Source: Octopus sinensis (lineage: Eukaryota). Taken from it: 64,000 nt of DNA. The stretch is from the NCBI RefSeq assembly GCF_006345805.1, contig NC_043000.1:110670001-110734000 (forward strand), in the 5' to 3' direction. Under the pieces are notes generated by a model that saw only the letters and a list, made by a program, of their open reading frames with translations, did no database searches and was not told where the DNA came from. Shown one piece after another: positions 52,569-64,000 of this stretch; within the stretch, counting starts at the first letter, position 1; each line of letters starts with the position of its first letter. Both the position numbers and the translations under genes were made by a program.

Positions 52569-53346
52569 ATTGCATCATATATATTATATATATGATGCAA
52601 TTATATTAAATTGAATATAGTACACGTCATAAGTCGGTGAGCTGGCAGAGTTGTTACCGGCCGGACACACAGTGAATATCGGCGTAACTTCCACTTCTTC
52701 TCAAATGATGCTTAGGTCGACTTTGCCTTTCATCGCTTTTAGAATGGTTGAAGTAAGTTCCTGTTTCTGCACGAGTGTCGATCTAATCGCTTAGGCCCCT
52801 CCCATTAACATTTCAGGTCTTGTGCCTATTGTAGAAAGAATTGTTTATTCTTTCCGAAGAAAGAAATTTTGTAGTTTTTTTCATTTGTAAAATGGCTGAC
52901 TCCGAATTAAAGGAAGTTATTGATATATATGTAACAACAATAAATAAAGCATAATAACTTATTTTCTTCAAATATAATTTGGTATTTTTCGGTCAAGAAT
53001 TCCAATAAATTACAATCAGTCGCAGTTATTGAGGTTTAAAAAAATCAATTGAAAATCTACAATGCTAATATAAAATATATGTAAAATGGTTTTAAAAACT
53101 AATACAAAAAATATACAAAAAATGTTTTTTTATTGAAAGAACAGAAAAAAAACATCTGAAAACAAACAAACGATTTTCTCTGAACAAATGAATAAAATTC
53201 AAAATCAGTTTTAATGTAAAAATATTAAAGAAAATCTTTTATTCCTCGAGCAGAAAATGTCGGAATTTGTCGTATTCCTCGTTTCTTTTTTATTTTTACA
53301 AAATAACATTTCTCAATTTTTAGATACAAATAGAAAAAAAACATCT

Positions 53347-56300
53347 TTAGTGAGAAGGGTGAACTTGTTTCTTTTTTGCACAGCAAATCAAATCTTTGTG
53401 TAATATTTGTTAATGCTAGTTTCAAGACTTTTACAATGTTCCTGATGTTGAAGCGATTTTTTTGTTAATTCCAGATATCACCGAAAATGTTGATTCTAAC
53501 AAATTCTTTTTGACAAACTGTAAAAGGGTTTCCATCGCTAATTCCAAATAGTTGGAAGATTTAGCAGGAACACCAAGGTTAAAGCATTCAAGGTTTCTTA
53601 GAGGAATCAGATCTCAGAGTTGAATCACTTGAAATTTCTACATACGAGGTGATATCAAAATGTTCCCGAACTACTTGCAGTGTGCCAACAGATAGCAACA
53701 CACGGTTTCATGTGCAGTGAGAGCTTGCAGTGACCTTCATGAGGCTGAGTGCCAAGTGACATGCTTGTGTCTACTTCTCGGGTTGTGAAATTAGCTTTTG
53801 TGATCACGTGTATGCTGTAGTCTGCGATTTTCTCATGGACAAGAAGTCTGAAAAAAGGGCTAACGTGTAACTTTGCGTTGAACTTGGAAAGTCTGCTGCA
53901 GAGACATTGAGCATTTTTCAGCAAGCTTACAGCGACGAGGCAATGGGTCATACGCAATGTGCCGTGTGGCACGGGCGCTTTAAGAGCAGAAGAATATCCC
54001 TGGAAGACGATGAGCGATCTGGGAGACCTGTCACGAGCGTCAACCCCGGAAATGTGGGGAAAAGTCATCAGTTTGTGCTTGAGGATCGACGGAGGACAAT
54101 CAACGACATTGGTGATGTTGGTCTGTCGTAAGGGTCTGTGCAGGCTATTCTAACGTTTGAATTGAACATGCGACGTGTCTGTGCCAAGTTTGTCCTCCGC
54201 CTGCTGACCACTGAGCAGAAAGAACATCGCGTCGAAGTTTGTCAAGATCTCTGTTAGTGTGCCACTGATGGCCCATCCTTCATGTCGAGGGCCATCACCG
54301 GGTACGAGAGGTGGGTCTACGCGTACGACCCTGAAACGAAGCAGCAGTGGTCACAATGGAAGAAGCATTCACCTCGATGACCGAAGAAGGCATCACAGAA
54401 CCGCAGCTCAATCAAAAGGCACGCTCTTCCTTATTTTCGACATCCGTAGTATTGTGCATCGAGAATTCGACCCCCAGGGCCAGACTATCAATCGAGAATT
54501 CTATTGAAGCGTTTGAGGAAGGACATTTAGAGGAAACGACCGGATCTGTGGAGTGCGAAGAACTGGATTCTTCTCGACGATAACGTACCCTGTCACTGAC
54601 CTCTCCTCAATGGTGAGTTTCTCGTCAAAAACAACATTGTATCGCTTCCACACCCGCTTTATTCGCGAGATTTAGCCCCTGCGGAATTCCATCTCTTCCT
54701 CAATATGAAAAGGCAGCTCAAAGCTCTCTGTTTTAATACCGTTGTCGAGCTCCAGAGTGAATCGCAGAAGATCCTCGACTCGCTTACGGAAAATGACTCC
54801 CAGGCCGGGTCCCAAAAGTGGCAAGAATGCTGGGACACGTGACAGGAATGTTGCACAAGGGGATGACGTTAAAACTTCCGTAAATAAGTCTTTTTTTTTA
54901 TTAAACATAACTAGTCTGGGAACTTTTTGATACCACCTTGTATTCTTCTTCATCTCTTAATGGTAAATGCTTAATGCACTTTTTTCAACCGTGAATAGAT
55001 TTGGCTCCAATATAATAGTTTATTGTCTAAATATGACAAAATATTTCTAGGAGTTACTTTTCAAACCCTCCAAATGATCAATGTATTAAATTCAATACGT
55101 TTTAAAGATTAAAATCATTTGTATATTTCAACATATCTTATTTATCATTTTCTATTTTATATTTCCATATTTAATTTTTGTTTTTAAATGAAAGCTTGCA
55201 TTTCAGATTCGACAACATGTTCTCTTCTTGTAGAGATATATTAAGTTCATTAAGGTATCCAAGAACATCCAACAATTAGCATAATTTGCATGCACAAATT
55301 AACCATGTCTGAATTTTGTCCCGACAAGAATATAATGATTTCATTTTTTAGAATTCTTTTAACCGTTTCATAGCCCGTCCATTTGAGAACCATCGCTCTT
55401 TGATTCTCATTTAAAAAGTTTGCTGAAATTATATTCCATATCGTTACAGAGACTTGTGATGAGTTGATCACTGAATGCACGACTTTTAATAAACTTAATC
55501 ATTTTAACTGCCTCTTGTAATACTACATTTAGTTCTACAGAATTTTTTCTAGACACTAAAGTCTCTCAGTGAATCCTGCAATGAGGGAAGTATTAAGATA
55601 TTTGCTTCTAGATTTAACTTTTAACGTGAAATCCAATTTTTGCTCCTAAATTATGTACCATCAGTACATGCTCTAACGCAGTTATTGCTTTAAAGGCCTA
55701 TTTCTCCGAATAAAATAGTCTACTTCTTGAAAAATAATTTCATCTTCAGTGCGTCCATCTAATGATCTTCAGAAAAAGGTCTTCATCGGTGTTACGTTAC
55801 AAAAACAGTCTCCGACGTAATCCCAGTCATAGTACAGAGTTTGTAATGTCGGTTATTTTATCCAGTTGAATTGTAAGTTTCGAGCTTTTTAAAATTCTTT
55901 CAATAAGTTGCTCTATTTGGTCAACATTAATTTCAGAAATACGACTACTATTTACAACTATCTGACAGAGGATTGTCCGTTAATTCATCTGCAATTTTCC
56001 CGTAAGTAATTTTTGTCATTTTAATCGGTACTGGTTATACATGTTTTTCACGGATCCTTGTACTTCAATACAGAGGTTCAAAAGATTTCCCCAAGTATCT
56101 CACCGTTTATAGTGTAAATAGAGATCTCAAGAGATTGCTTCTGTGTACTGACAAATTCCGATAGCCTTTTAAAAAACTTCTACGCTTACTGATGCTATAG
56201 AAGGACTATCTTAAGTTAAAATATCTTTTTTAATTTTATAGGTTTTATGCTCTCTGTCGCGAAATTATTTCCACAAATTAGGCAGACAAACATTTCTTTA

Positions 56301-56390
56301 TTGTTTTTTAAAGTAAAAGCAAATCCATATTGCAAACAAGTCTCATTCTTTACACAGAGGGTTACTTACAGACCAGTTCCTAATACTCAT
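53347..56390 (-). pseudogene. Degenerate hAT (Buster/SCAND3-type) transposase, interrupted by a mariner
   Basis: Minus-strand motif remnants in the expected order: ESIKPIKLKRY, HT..GE, IQLD, ACTDG, RWFS, terminal KQVHPSH* (stop at about 53347). Confidence 0.65.
53645..54940 (+). mobile_element. Full-length (~1.3 kb) mariner with a pseudogenised transposase
   Basis: TA|cgaggtgatatcaaaatgttccc ... gggaactttttgataccaccttg|TA TIRs. EDDERSGRP, AKFVLRLL, ITGYERW, LDDNVP and YSRDLAP remnants with stops and frameshifts. Confidence 0.92.
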
Positions 56391-57119
56391 TGAAGTTTGA
56401 AGTACTTCAATTACATCTTCATCATTATTTTCTGTGGCTTTATGCTTTGATAAATTCTACTACTTATCCCATGAGCAAAGAATTTTGTCTTTCACTTGAT
56501 TATATGTGGGTACTACTGTGACAATCTTTGAGTAGGTCACAACGAAGATCACGTTTAACAAAGGAACTGATTTGGGATCATCACAGTACGAAGCTATCAT
56601 TTTTAGTTCCGTATTGTTGGCAAAAAAGGGGTTACAGTTCTCGATTTTTTTAAAGTAGCACTTTTAAAAATAAGTTTATTGTTAGTAAATTTAAACAAAA
56701 TATGTTCCAATTACTTTGTGTAGGTAACTTACGTGAATAAAATTCATATTTTAAAATTTCATTTCTATATATCGCGTATAAAGCGTGAGTATAATTTTAT
56801 CCCCTGTTATTCTAGCTAAAAATTAGTAAGGTATTATATTTACTAGCGACAGAGGCAGTACTAATTCCTTGAGGTAATATTTACCCCCACTTAAACGTGG
56901 ATGTTCTTTTAGAACAAACTTTACTGCGCTAGTTGCCATGAAGAAGTCTCTCATAGTGGCTTTTGGTACGACATACATACTTGTTTATATCGTTTGCAGG
57001 GTAACAAATCCCCGCCATCGCCAGCGCCGAGACCACTAGATCACGTGATTTCGGCCTTTCTTGGTTTTATCAAGAATGGACGCTCGATATAATTCATAAT
57101 TATAATTTATTTTGACGAA

Positions 57120-57350
57120 AGGCGACGAGCTGGCAGAACCGTTAGCACGCCGGGCGAAATGTTTAGCGGTATTTCGTCTGCCGTTACGTTCTGAGTTCAA
57201 ATTCTGCTGAGGTCGACTTTGCCTTTCATCCTTTCGGGGTCGATAAATTAAGTACCAGTTACGCACCGGGGTCGATATAATCGACTTAATCTGTTTGTCT
57301 GTCCTTGTTTGTCCCCTCTGTGCTTAGCTCCTTGTGGGTAATAAAGAAAC
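57120..57350 (+). mobile_element. SINE family A copy with a 16-bp target-site duplication
   Basis: aatttattttgacgaa at 57104-57119 and 57351-57366. Confidence 0.9.
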
Positions 57351-57382
57351 AATTTATTTTGACGAATGAAGTCCCCCTGAGT

Positions 57383-58280
57383 CAGTGATTCCCAACGTGG
57401 GACATAAGCCCCATCAGTGGGGCATGGGAAAATTGTGGTAGGGCGTGATGTCGCCGGGCACAAGGTTCTCATTAAAGGGATTCACTTTTTTCTTAAGCAA
57501 TAATGTACTTTTTTTGTACTCAGTACTTAACAAAAAAGTTACCGGTAGATTCTTTTGTATTAAATAATTGTGATAAAATATTGCTTTCAAATTTTGGCAC
57601 AAGGCCAGCGATTTCAGGGAAGCGGGGTAAGTCGTTTACATCGACCTCAGTACGCAACTGGTACTTATTTTATCGACCCCGAAGAGGTGAAATTTGAACT
57701 CAGAACGTAAAGACGAGCCAAATGCTGCTAAGCATTTTGTCCGGCGTGCTAGCAGTTTTGCCAACTCGTCGCCCTAATTGTGCTAAAATATCAAAAATAA
57801 ACTTGTTCTTCCCCCAACCACCGGTGGGGCATATATTTTTCTGGAAAGTTATAGTAGGGGGGGGATAGGTTGTGAAATAGTAGTCTAAGTGGAGTTATGT
57901 GTTATCTTCAGTTTTATCTGATGCAAACAAACTTGATATTAAAGTACAAATTTTCGGGGTCTATTATCTGAAATCCTTTTAGAGGGAAGGCGTCACCGTG
58001 GCTGTTCCTTAATCATGTGGAGTTAGAATTAATATAGGAAGCACAATGCCATTATTTTAATTTGGTGACATTTTTGGTTAGATTTTTGTGAAATTTATAT
58101 TTGGGAATTCGTTTCTAAATGTACGCTCTTAGAGTTTTATTTTTTGCAGGAAAAACTGCAACAACCAGCAAATAATGATAGTAAAGATAGAATATAAAAT
58201 TAAAAAAAAAAATCTCAGTTGCACCCGCGAACCCCTATATTTTTACGCGATCCCACTTGGGGATGGTTTGTATAAACCAT
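57383..58280. mobile_element. Possible hAT-Charlie-type non-autonomous element (contains a SINE A copy)
   Basis: CAGTGATTCCCAAC terminus; the right end (cccacttggggatggtttg..aaacca) is degenerate. Confidence 0.4.
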
Positions 58281-58959
58281 AAAACAAACAGCTGATATTT
58301 GTGGTGCTCAGCGAAATACTTCTGTGACACATGCGTAGCGGCTGTCATCTTTAATTCTTCTTGATTTTCTTTTGACATTTATCATAACAATCAGTAGTCC
58401 TCATTCTGTAGAGGGCTGCTGGCGGTGGAGGACAAGTGATGGCAGAGAACTAATGGCGGGGAAGAGCGACGACGTTCTCTGAGAAAGTCTAGTCACTGAC
58501 GTGAATCAATTGGTTAGTTTGTTCCAGAGAACTTTCGGCCCAGATTATATAAACAACTTACAGAGACCGCTCAGCTGGAAATGCTACTGAGTGACATTGC
58601 AGGTTTGAGACAAACTCTACAGACACGGAGATGCCGTCAGCTGGGTCTCTTCGAGTTCTGCACAGAACTAAGAAACCGGTTTGCTCACAATCGTTCAATG
58701 TCCTGGCAAAGAGTTTTATCAGACCTCTATTTTCGCAGATCCGGGCGATGCGTTGTGTTTTTGAGCAAAACACTTCATTTCACGTTGCTCCAGTGCACTC
58801 AGCTGGCAAAAATGAGTAACGTTGCAAAGGACTGGCGTCCCGTCCAGCTGGGGAACACATACGCCATAGAAACCGGGAGACCGGGCCCATGAGCCTGGCT
58901 AGGCTTAAAAGGGCGCATTTATTATTTTAAATTTATTCTCGCAGATCACCTCTTCGTCT

Positions 58960-59830
58960 TTCTTTAACCGGAAAAAAACAGGCACTTTACCTCTGTCTAG
59001 AGGCCGTGGAAAAAGTCGTTATATGGTGGACAAGACTAATAGAACTGAATACAGATACTTTTCTCATCGTCCAAGCATTCATCTTTTTTAGGTTTCCCAA
59101 GGGAATGAAGGTGGGGGTGGAAAGGGAGGTGCCATTCCACAGCAATTTTGCCGAAAAGTAGGTGAGAATAGCAAATATGGTGCATGTGAATAGGCTTACA
59201 CTGAGCACGCTCCTGTAGGCTTGGAAACTGTAGGTGGTGGTCATTTTGAGGGCTTTCCTTGATTGACCTTATGCAGCTGTCCTTATCATAGGGAACGAAA
59301 TGTTGTTTGTTATAATTTCTTTGTCACTTCTTTTCCTTATTATTATTATTTCTACTTTACAAGTCTTTATGGAAACCACTCTGTTGCGAAAGCCGACTTC
59401 AGTACCTCGTATTAGTGTAACAGTAACAATAGTTGATCGGTAGCTATAGCAGTGGTGTGCATGTTGTGGAAGTTCCACCCAAGCTATAAAGGACCGGACA
59501 GCTGGCCCTACGAAAAGACTGTCTCGCTGAAACGAGCAGATAATATTTTCGCAAGAGGTTGGAGCAATGTGCTCGCAGAAGACCGAAATACACAGGTCCT
59601 GCTGGGTCGGACACGTTACAAAGTTCACTGACAACAGGTGGACCCGTGCAGTTGTATCAAAGATGTCGGGAAAAGGTCACTGAAAAGCCTCTTACGACGA
59701 TGGGAAGACGATTTGGTTAAGCGATTTGGGGCAAGATGGAAAAGAATGGCGCAGTCAAGAAAGAAATGGAAGCGAATTGTGACCAGCGATGTATAACAAC
59801 ATCTGATAGTCTGGTCGATACAGTAATACA
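58960..59830 (+). mobile_element. Degenerate RTE-group LINE remnant
   Basis: WVGHVTKFTDNRWTRAV...RRWEDDLVKRFGARWKRMAQSRKKWKR C-terminus and FQYL remnant. The upstream endonuclease-like part is uncertain. Confidence 0.65.
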
Positions 59831-60329
59831 GTAATATAAACCCTATTGCCAATAGCATAACAGCGAGTGGAAGACGAGGGCTCGGTCCGCCCCAAGTGGC
59901 ATTACTTATTCTCCCGGATTATTTACATGTTTTTTGAAATATTCCAACCTCAACGCTATGGTGTCCTTTTATTCGCTCTTTGAAAGACTTTACTTTATTC
60001 ACCTTTTTGTAAGGGCATTCTTTTTATTCTTAACAATTTTTACAACGCCGTTCTAACCTAATTTCACTCATCTATTTGTATATGTATATTAGATTTTTAT
60101 CTATTTGTGTATTCATGAATCTTTAATATGTTTTAATATTTTAAGGGCTGATACACTGGTATGTTTTAAAAACGGATACGCATTGATCTATGGCAGAATA
60201 TATGTATGATTAAATTGTTGAACCTTATTTGAAATTCTCTTTAACATTCTTTTATACCTTTGCGTCTCGGATCTTCTATCTGAGCACTTCTGACTACTGC
60301 CTATACAATAAACAATGAAACTTTACTAT

Positions 60330-60362
<33 letters not shown>

Positions 60363-60853
60363 ACACACACACACACATACATATACATATATATATATAC
60401 ATATACGGCGGGCTTCAGCATAGTTTCCATCCACTAATTAATTCCACTCACAAGGCATCGATAGGTCCGGGGCTATTATAGAAGACACCAGCTCAAAGTG
60501 CTGCGCAGTAGGACCGAACCCGAATCCTCATGGTTGCAAAGCGAACTGCATAAGGCCTTGCCTATATGTTTTTCCACTGCCTTTATTTTTTTTTTCGCAT
60601 ATTTTTAAACACCATATAAACTGTTCTAATTATTATTGCTGCTGCTGCTGCTGCTGCTCTTTTATATCCCACATCCTGTTTATCTCAATTCGAGATCCTT
60701 GAATTTTGTTTCTCCATTTCCTTTCGGGCAACCTCAAAGAGGACCGGGATATCTATCAACCGTACATCTACTGCTGCTGCTGTTGTTGTTGTTGCTGTTA
60801 TTATTATTATTATTGTTATAATTATTTTAATTATAATAATAATAATAATAATA

Positions 60854-60889
<36 letters not shown>

Positions 60890-60936
60890 TATTATTATTA
60901 TTATTATTATTATATTATTATTATTATTATTATTAT

Positions 60937-61272
60937 TCAGTAGTTTTATTTTTTATATCGTACTTTCACTTCACTACCGAGCGCAGCTCTGTGTGCCTTG
61001 GGTATGTGCTGTGATTTGTTGTGATGCTCTGATGGTTATTGTATGGAAAGTGTTCTGCGTAGGATGTGTGCAGTGCCTAGTAGTGTAATTTTCTGTATGT
61101 TATATGTGTTTGTAAGTCCTGGTGTTTTTGTTATGTATTTGTCTGAATATTTTTTTATCATGCCTAATGCACCTACTATGATAGGAATTGTTTCTGTTTT
61201 TAGATTCCACATTCTGGTTACCTCCATTTCCAGGTCTTTGCATTTTGAAAGTTTCTCCATTTCTTTTAGAGA

Positions 61273-61274
<2 letters not shown>
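60937..61274 (-). mobile_element. R4/Dong-like 3' end in (TAA)n
   Basis: EKLSKCKDLEMEVTRMW...IPIIVGALG...QKITLLGTAHILRRTLS, flanked by (TAA)n on both sides. Confidence 0.85.
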
Positions 61275-61344
<70 letters not shown>

Positions 61345-61349
61345 TATTA

Positions 61350-61760
61350 TAGGGTGGCGAGCTGGCAGCATTGTTAACATGCCGGGCGAAACGCTTAGCG
61401 GTATTTCGTCTGCTGGTATTTCGTTCTGAGTTCAAATTCCGCTGAGGTCGACTTTGCCTTTCATCCTCTCGGGGGTCGATTAAATAAGTACCAGTTACGC
61501 ACTGGGGTCGATATAATTGACTTAATCTGTTTGTCTGTCCTTGTTTGTCCCCTCTGTGTTTAGCCCCTTGTAGGTAGTTAAGAAATAGGTATTTCGTCTG
61601 GCTTTACGTTCTGAGTTCAAAATCCGCCGAGGTCGACTTTGCCTTTCATCCTTTCGGGGTCGATTAAATAAGTACCAGTTACGCACTGGGGTCGATGTAA
61701 TCGACTTAATTCGTTTGTTTGTCCTTGTTTGTCCTCTCTATGTTTAGCCCCCTGTGGGCA

Positions 61761-61762
<2 letters not shown>
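61350..61762 (+). mobile_element. SINE family A with a tandem repeat of the body (head + body + body)
   Basis: The second unit restarts at gaaataggtatttcgtctg. Similar multimers occur at 36085-36483 and 41495-41850. Confidence 0.8.
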
Positions 61763-61825
<63 letters not shown>

Positions 61826-61827
61826 TT

Positions 61828-61858
<31 letters not shown>

Positions 61859-61860
61859 TT

Positions 61861-61929
<69 letters not shown>

Positions 61930-61952
61930 CATCATCATCATCATCATCATCA

Positions 61953-62008
<56 letters not shown>

Positions 62009-62391
62009 TGTTACTATTGTTGTTGTTCACTGTTATCGGTCACGTTTCACAGAGCACTGCATAGGAAATATTTTCTTTCAATACCACCTCCTGAATGGGA
62101 GCTCTTCAGAGACGTCTTTATCATCAAAGAACTTTGGAAATGCTGAGCGTCTGCAGCATTTACTGCAGCACAGAAGAAAGATTTTGTCTTTAAACCAATT
62201 AAAATTGTTTAGCAAATATGAGTGTGAGCATAGCTGGGCGGCTAAGAAGCTAGCTTTGCAGTCATGTGGTCCTGGGTTCAGTCCCACTGCGTGGCACCTT
62301 TGGCAAGTATCTTCGACTGCAACCCTGAAACGATCAATTCTTTTTGAGTGAATTTAGTAAGCGAAAACTTTGTATAAGACCGACGTGTGTT

Positions 62392-62422
<31 letters not shown>

Positions 62423-63355
62423 ATGTGACTGTTTGTCTGTCCTCACTACACCACCGATTGACAGCCGGTGTTAGTTTGTTCACATCCTCTGAACTTAGTA
62501 ATTCGGCGAAAGAGAACAATAAAAGAAATACCAGGCTTTCATAAAGTAAGTACTGGGGGCAATTTGTTCGAATAAACTGTTCAAAGCAGTGTTGCAGCAT
62601 GGCCGCGGTCCAATGACTGAAACAAGAAAAGTTTGAAATAGGTATAAAGCAATGAGTTAGCCCAGGGAATCATGAGACTACAGTACAGAGAATTGTTTTT
62701 CAGAACAATAGGCCGCCATTATGAATATCTGTATTTGTTGAAACGATGTCAAAAGGAGATTGTTTCTAAACGATTACAAATAAAAGAAACATTTTGATCA
62801 GATCAAATAGGTTAGGGACATATTTGATGAGTACAAAGACTGTTTATTTACCATGGAGAACCTTTCTCGCTATAGGCAATAGATGTTGAAAAAACACCAA
62901 TGATTATTTCAAGACGCCCTCTCCCGGCAGCCAAGGAGCTAGAAGAGCATTCGTCGTCCTGCTGAGAGATCGCGCTTCGGTATGGCTGTTGTTATTAACA
63001 TCCGTTAAAAGCAAGAAAAGTTCCCTGTGGCAAATAATCAGTAAATAGGTTTATGAACTCGTTGAATACATCCCAAATCTATTGAAACTGATCTAAATGT
63101 TTGTGCCCACTACAATATAATTAAAAGCCATTTGTGAAACTAAATAAAGCTTATGGATATGGTGTTTTATGGAAATGAAATTTAAAATGTGTAAAATAAA
63201 AAAAAAAGTAGAAAGCTGCCGAAAGACAGGAGCCCATATTCCTTGTAAAAATAGCAGGCGTTCAAAAAGAAAATTATTTCACGTTCTTTCGAAGTTTAAA
63301 AAATTCTTATGACGTCAACGACATACAATTCTCGCCGGTAAGAATAAAGTTTCTA

Positions 63356-63589
63356 TGGCGGCGAGCTGGCAGAGTCGTTAGCACACCGGGTGAAATGCTT
63401 AGCAGTATTTCGTCTGTCGCTACGTTCTGAGTTCAAATTCCGCCGAGGTCGACTTTGCCGTTCATCCTTTCGGGGTCGATTAAATAAGTACCAGTTACGC
63501 ACTGAGGTCGATATAATCGACTTAATCCGTTTGTCTGTCCTTGTTTGTCCCCTCTCTGTGTAGTCCCTTGTGGGCAGTAAAGAAATAAG
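63356..63589 (+). mobile_element. SINE family A copy with TSD gtaagaataaa, inserted in an older repeat
   Basis: Direct repeat on both sides; the host repeat is also present at 35840-35995. Confidence 0.8.
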
Positions 63590-64000
63590 TAAGAATAAAT
63601 TTTCTAAAATGGTGAGGGAAATTCAAAGAATTACTTTGGTCCAATGGTAAAGCATCTCTCATGTTTGCAGGTGATGTGGATTCAGACCCAGTAGGCAGAC
63701 TTGATTTATTACATTTTTTTTTAACATTCAAAGAGTTCTTTATTTTCATCCAATATTTATATGCCGTTATTTATAGCTTATTCTGATTCGAGATCCACTG
63801 TTCTCAAAAAGAAGGTATATATATAGATATGTGTGTGTGTGTGTGTGTTTGTGCATTTATAACAAATGCCATACTGATGCTATAGTTATCGTTCTCCTCT
63901 TCTCTCTCTCTCTACACACACATACACATATACTGCACTTATATATAAATATATGCATCTGTGTGTGTGCAAGTGCATTGTGTGTTACCCATACACATAA

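Overview
AT-rich, microsatellite-saturated eukaryotic DNA with no supportable host protein-coding gene. It is most likely intergenic or intronic octopus/cephalopod sequence; this is inferred from the SINE families and the repeat landscape, not proven. Almost all ORFs in the track are microsatellite or SINE artefacts. Real content: (i) three abundant tRNA-headed SINE families; (ii) non-LTR retroelements, namely a 5'-truncated CR1-group LINE with an intact 643-aa RT ORF, RTE remnants, several R4/Dong-like RLE fragments in (TAA)n and (CATA)n tracts, and a Hero-like RLE fragment; (iii) a Penelope-like element (RT C-terminus plus GIY-YIG) with an inverted ~530-bp pseudo-LTR; (iv) mariner/Tc1, hAT, MITE and Helitron-like remnants; (v) a 5S rRNA pseudogene. 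The most striking hidden layer is RNA structure: at least 8 minimal type I hammerhead ribozyme motifs from several families. They include compensatory U3-A8 core variants, CUGU(N)GA core variants, loopless stem III forms that would need to dimerise, and one hammerhead lying downstream of a tRNA-like Pol III head. All structures were read by eye and none was tested computationally.
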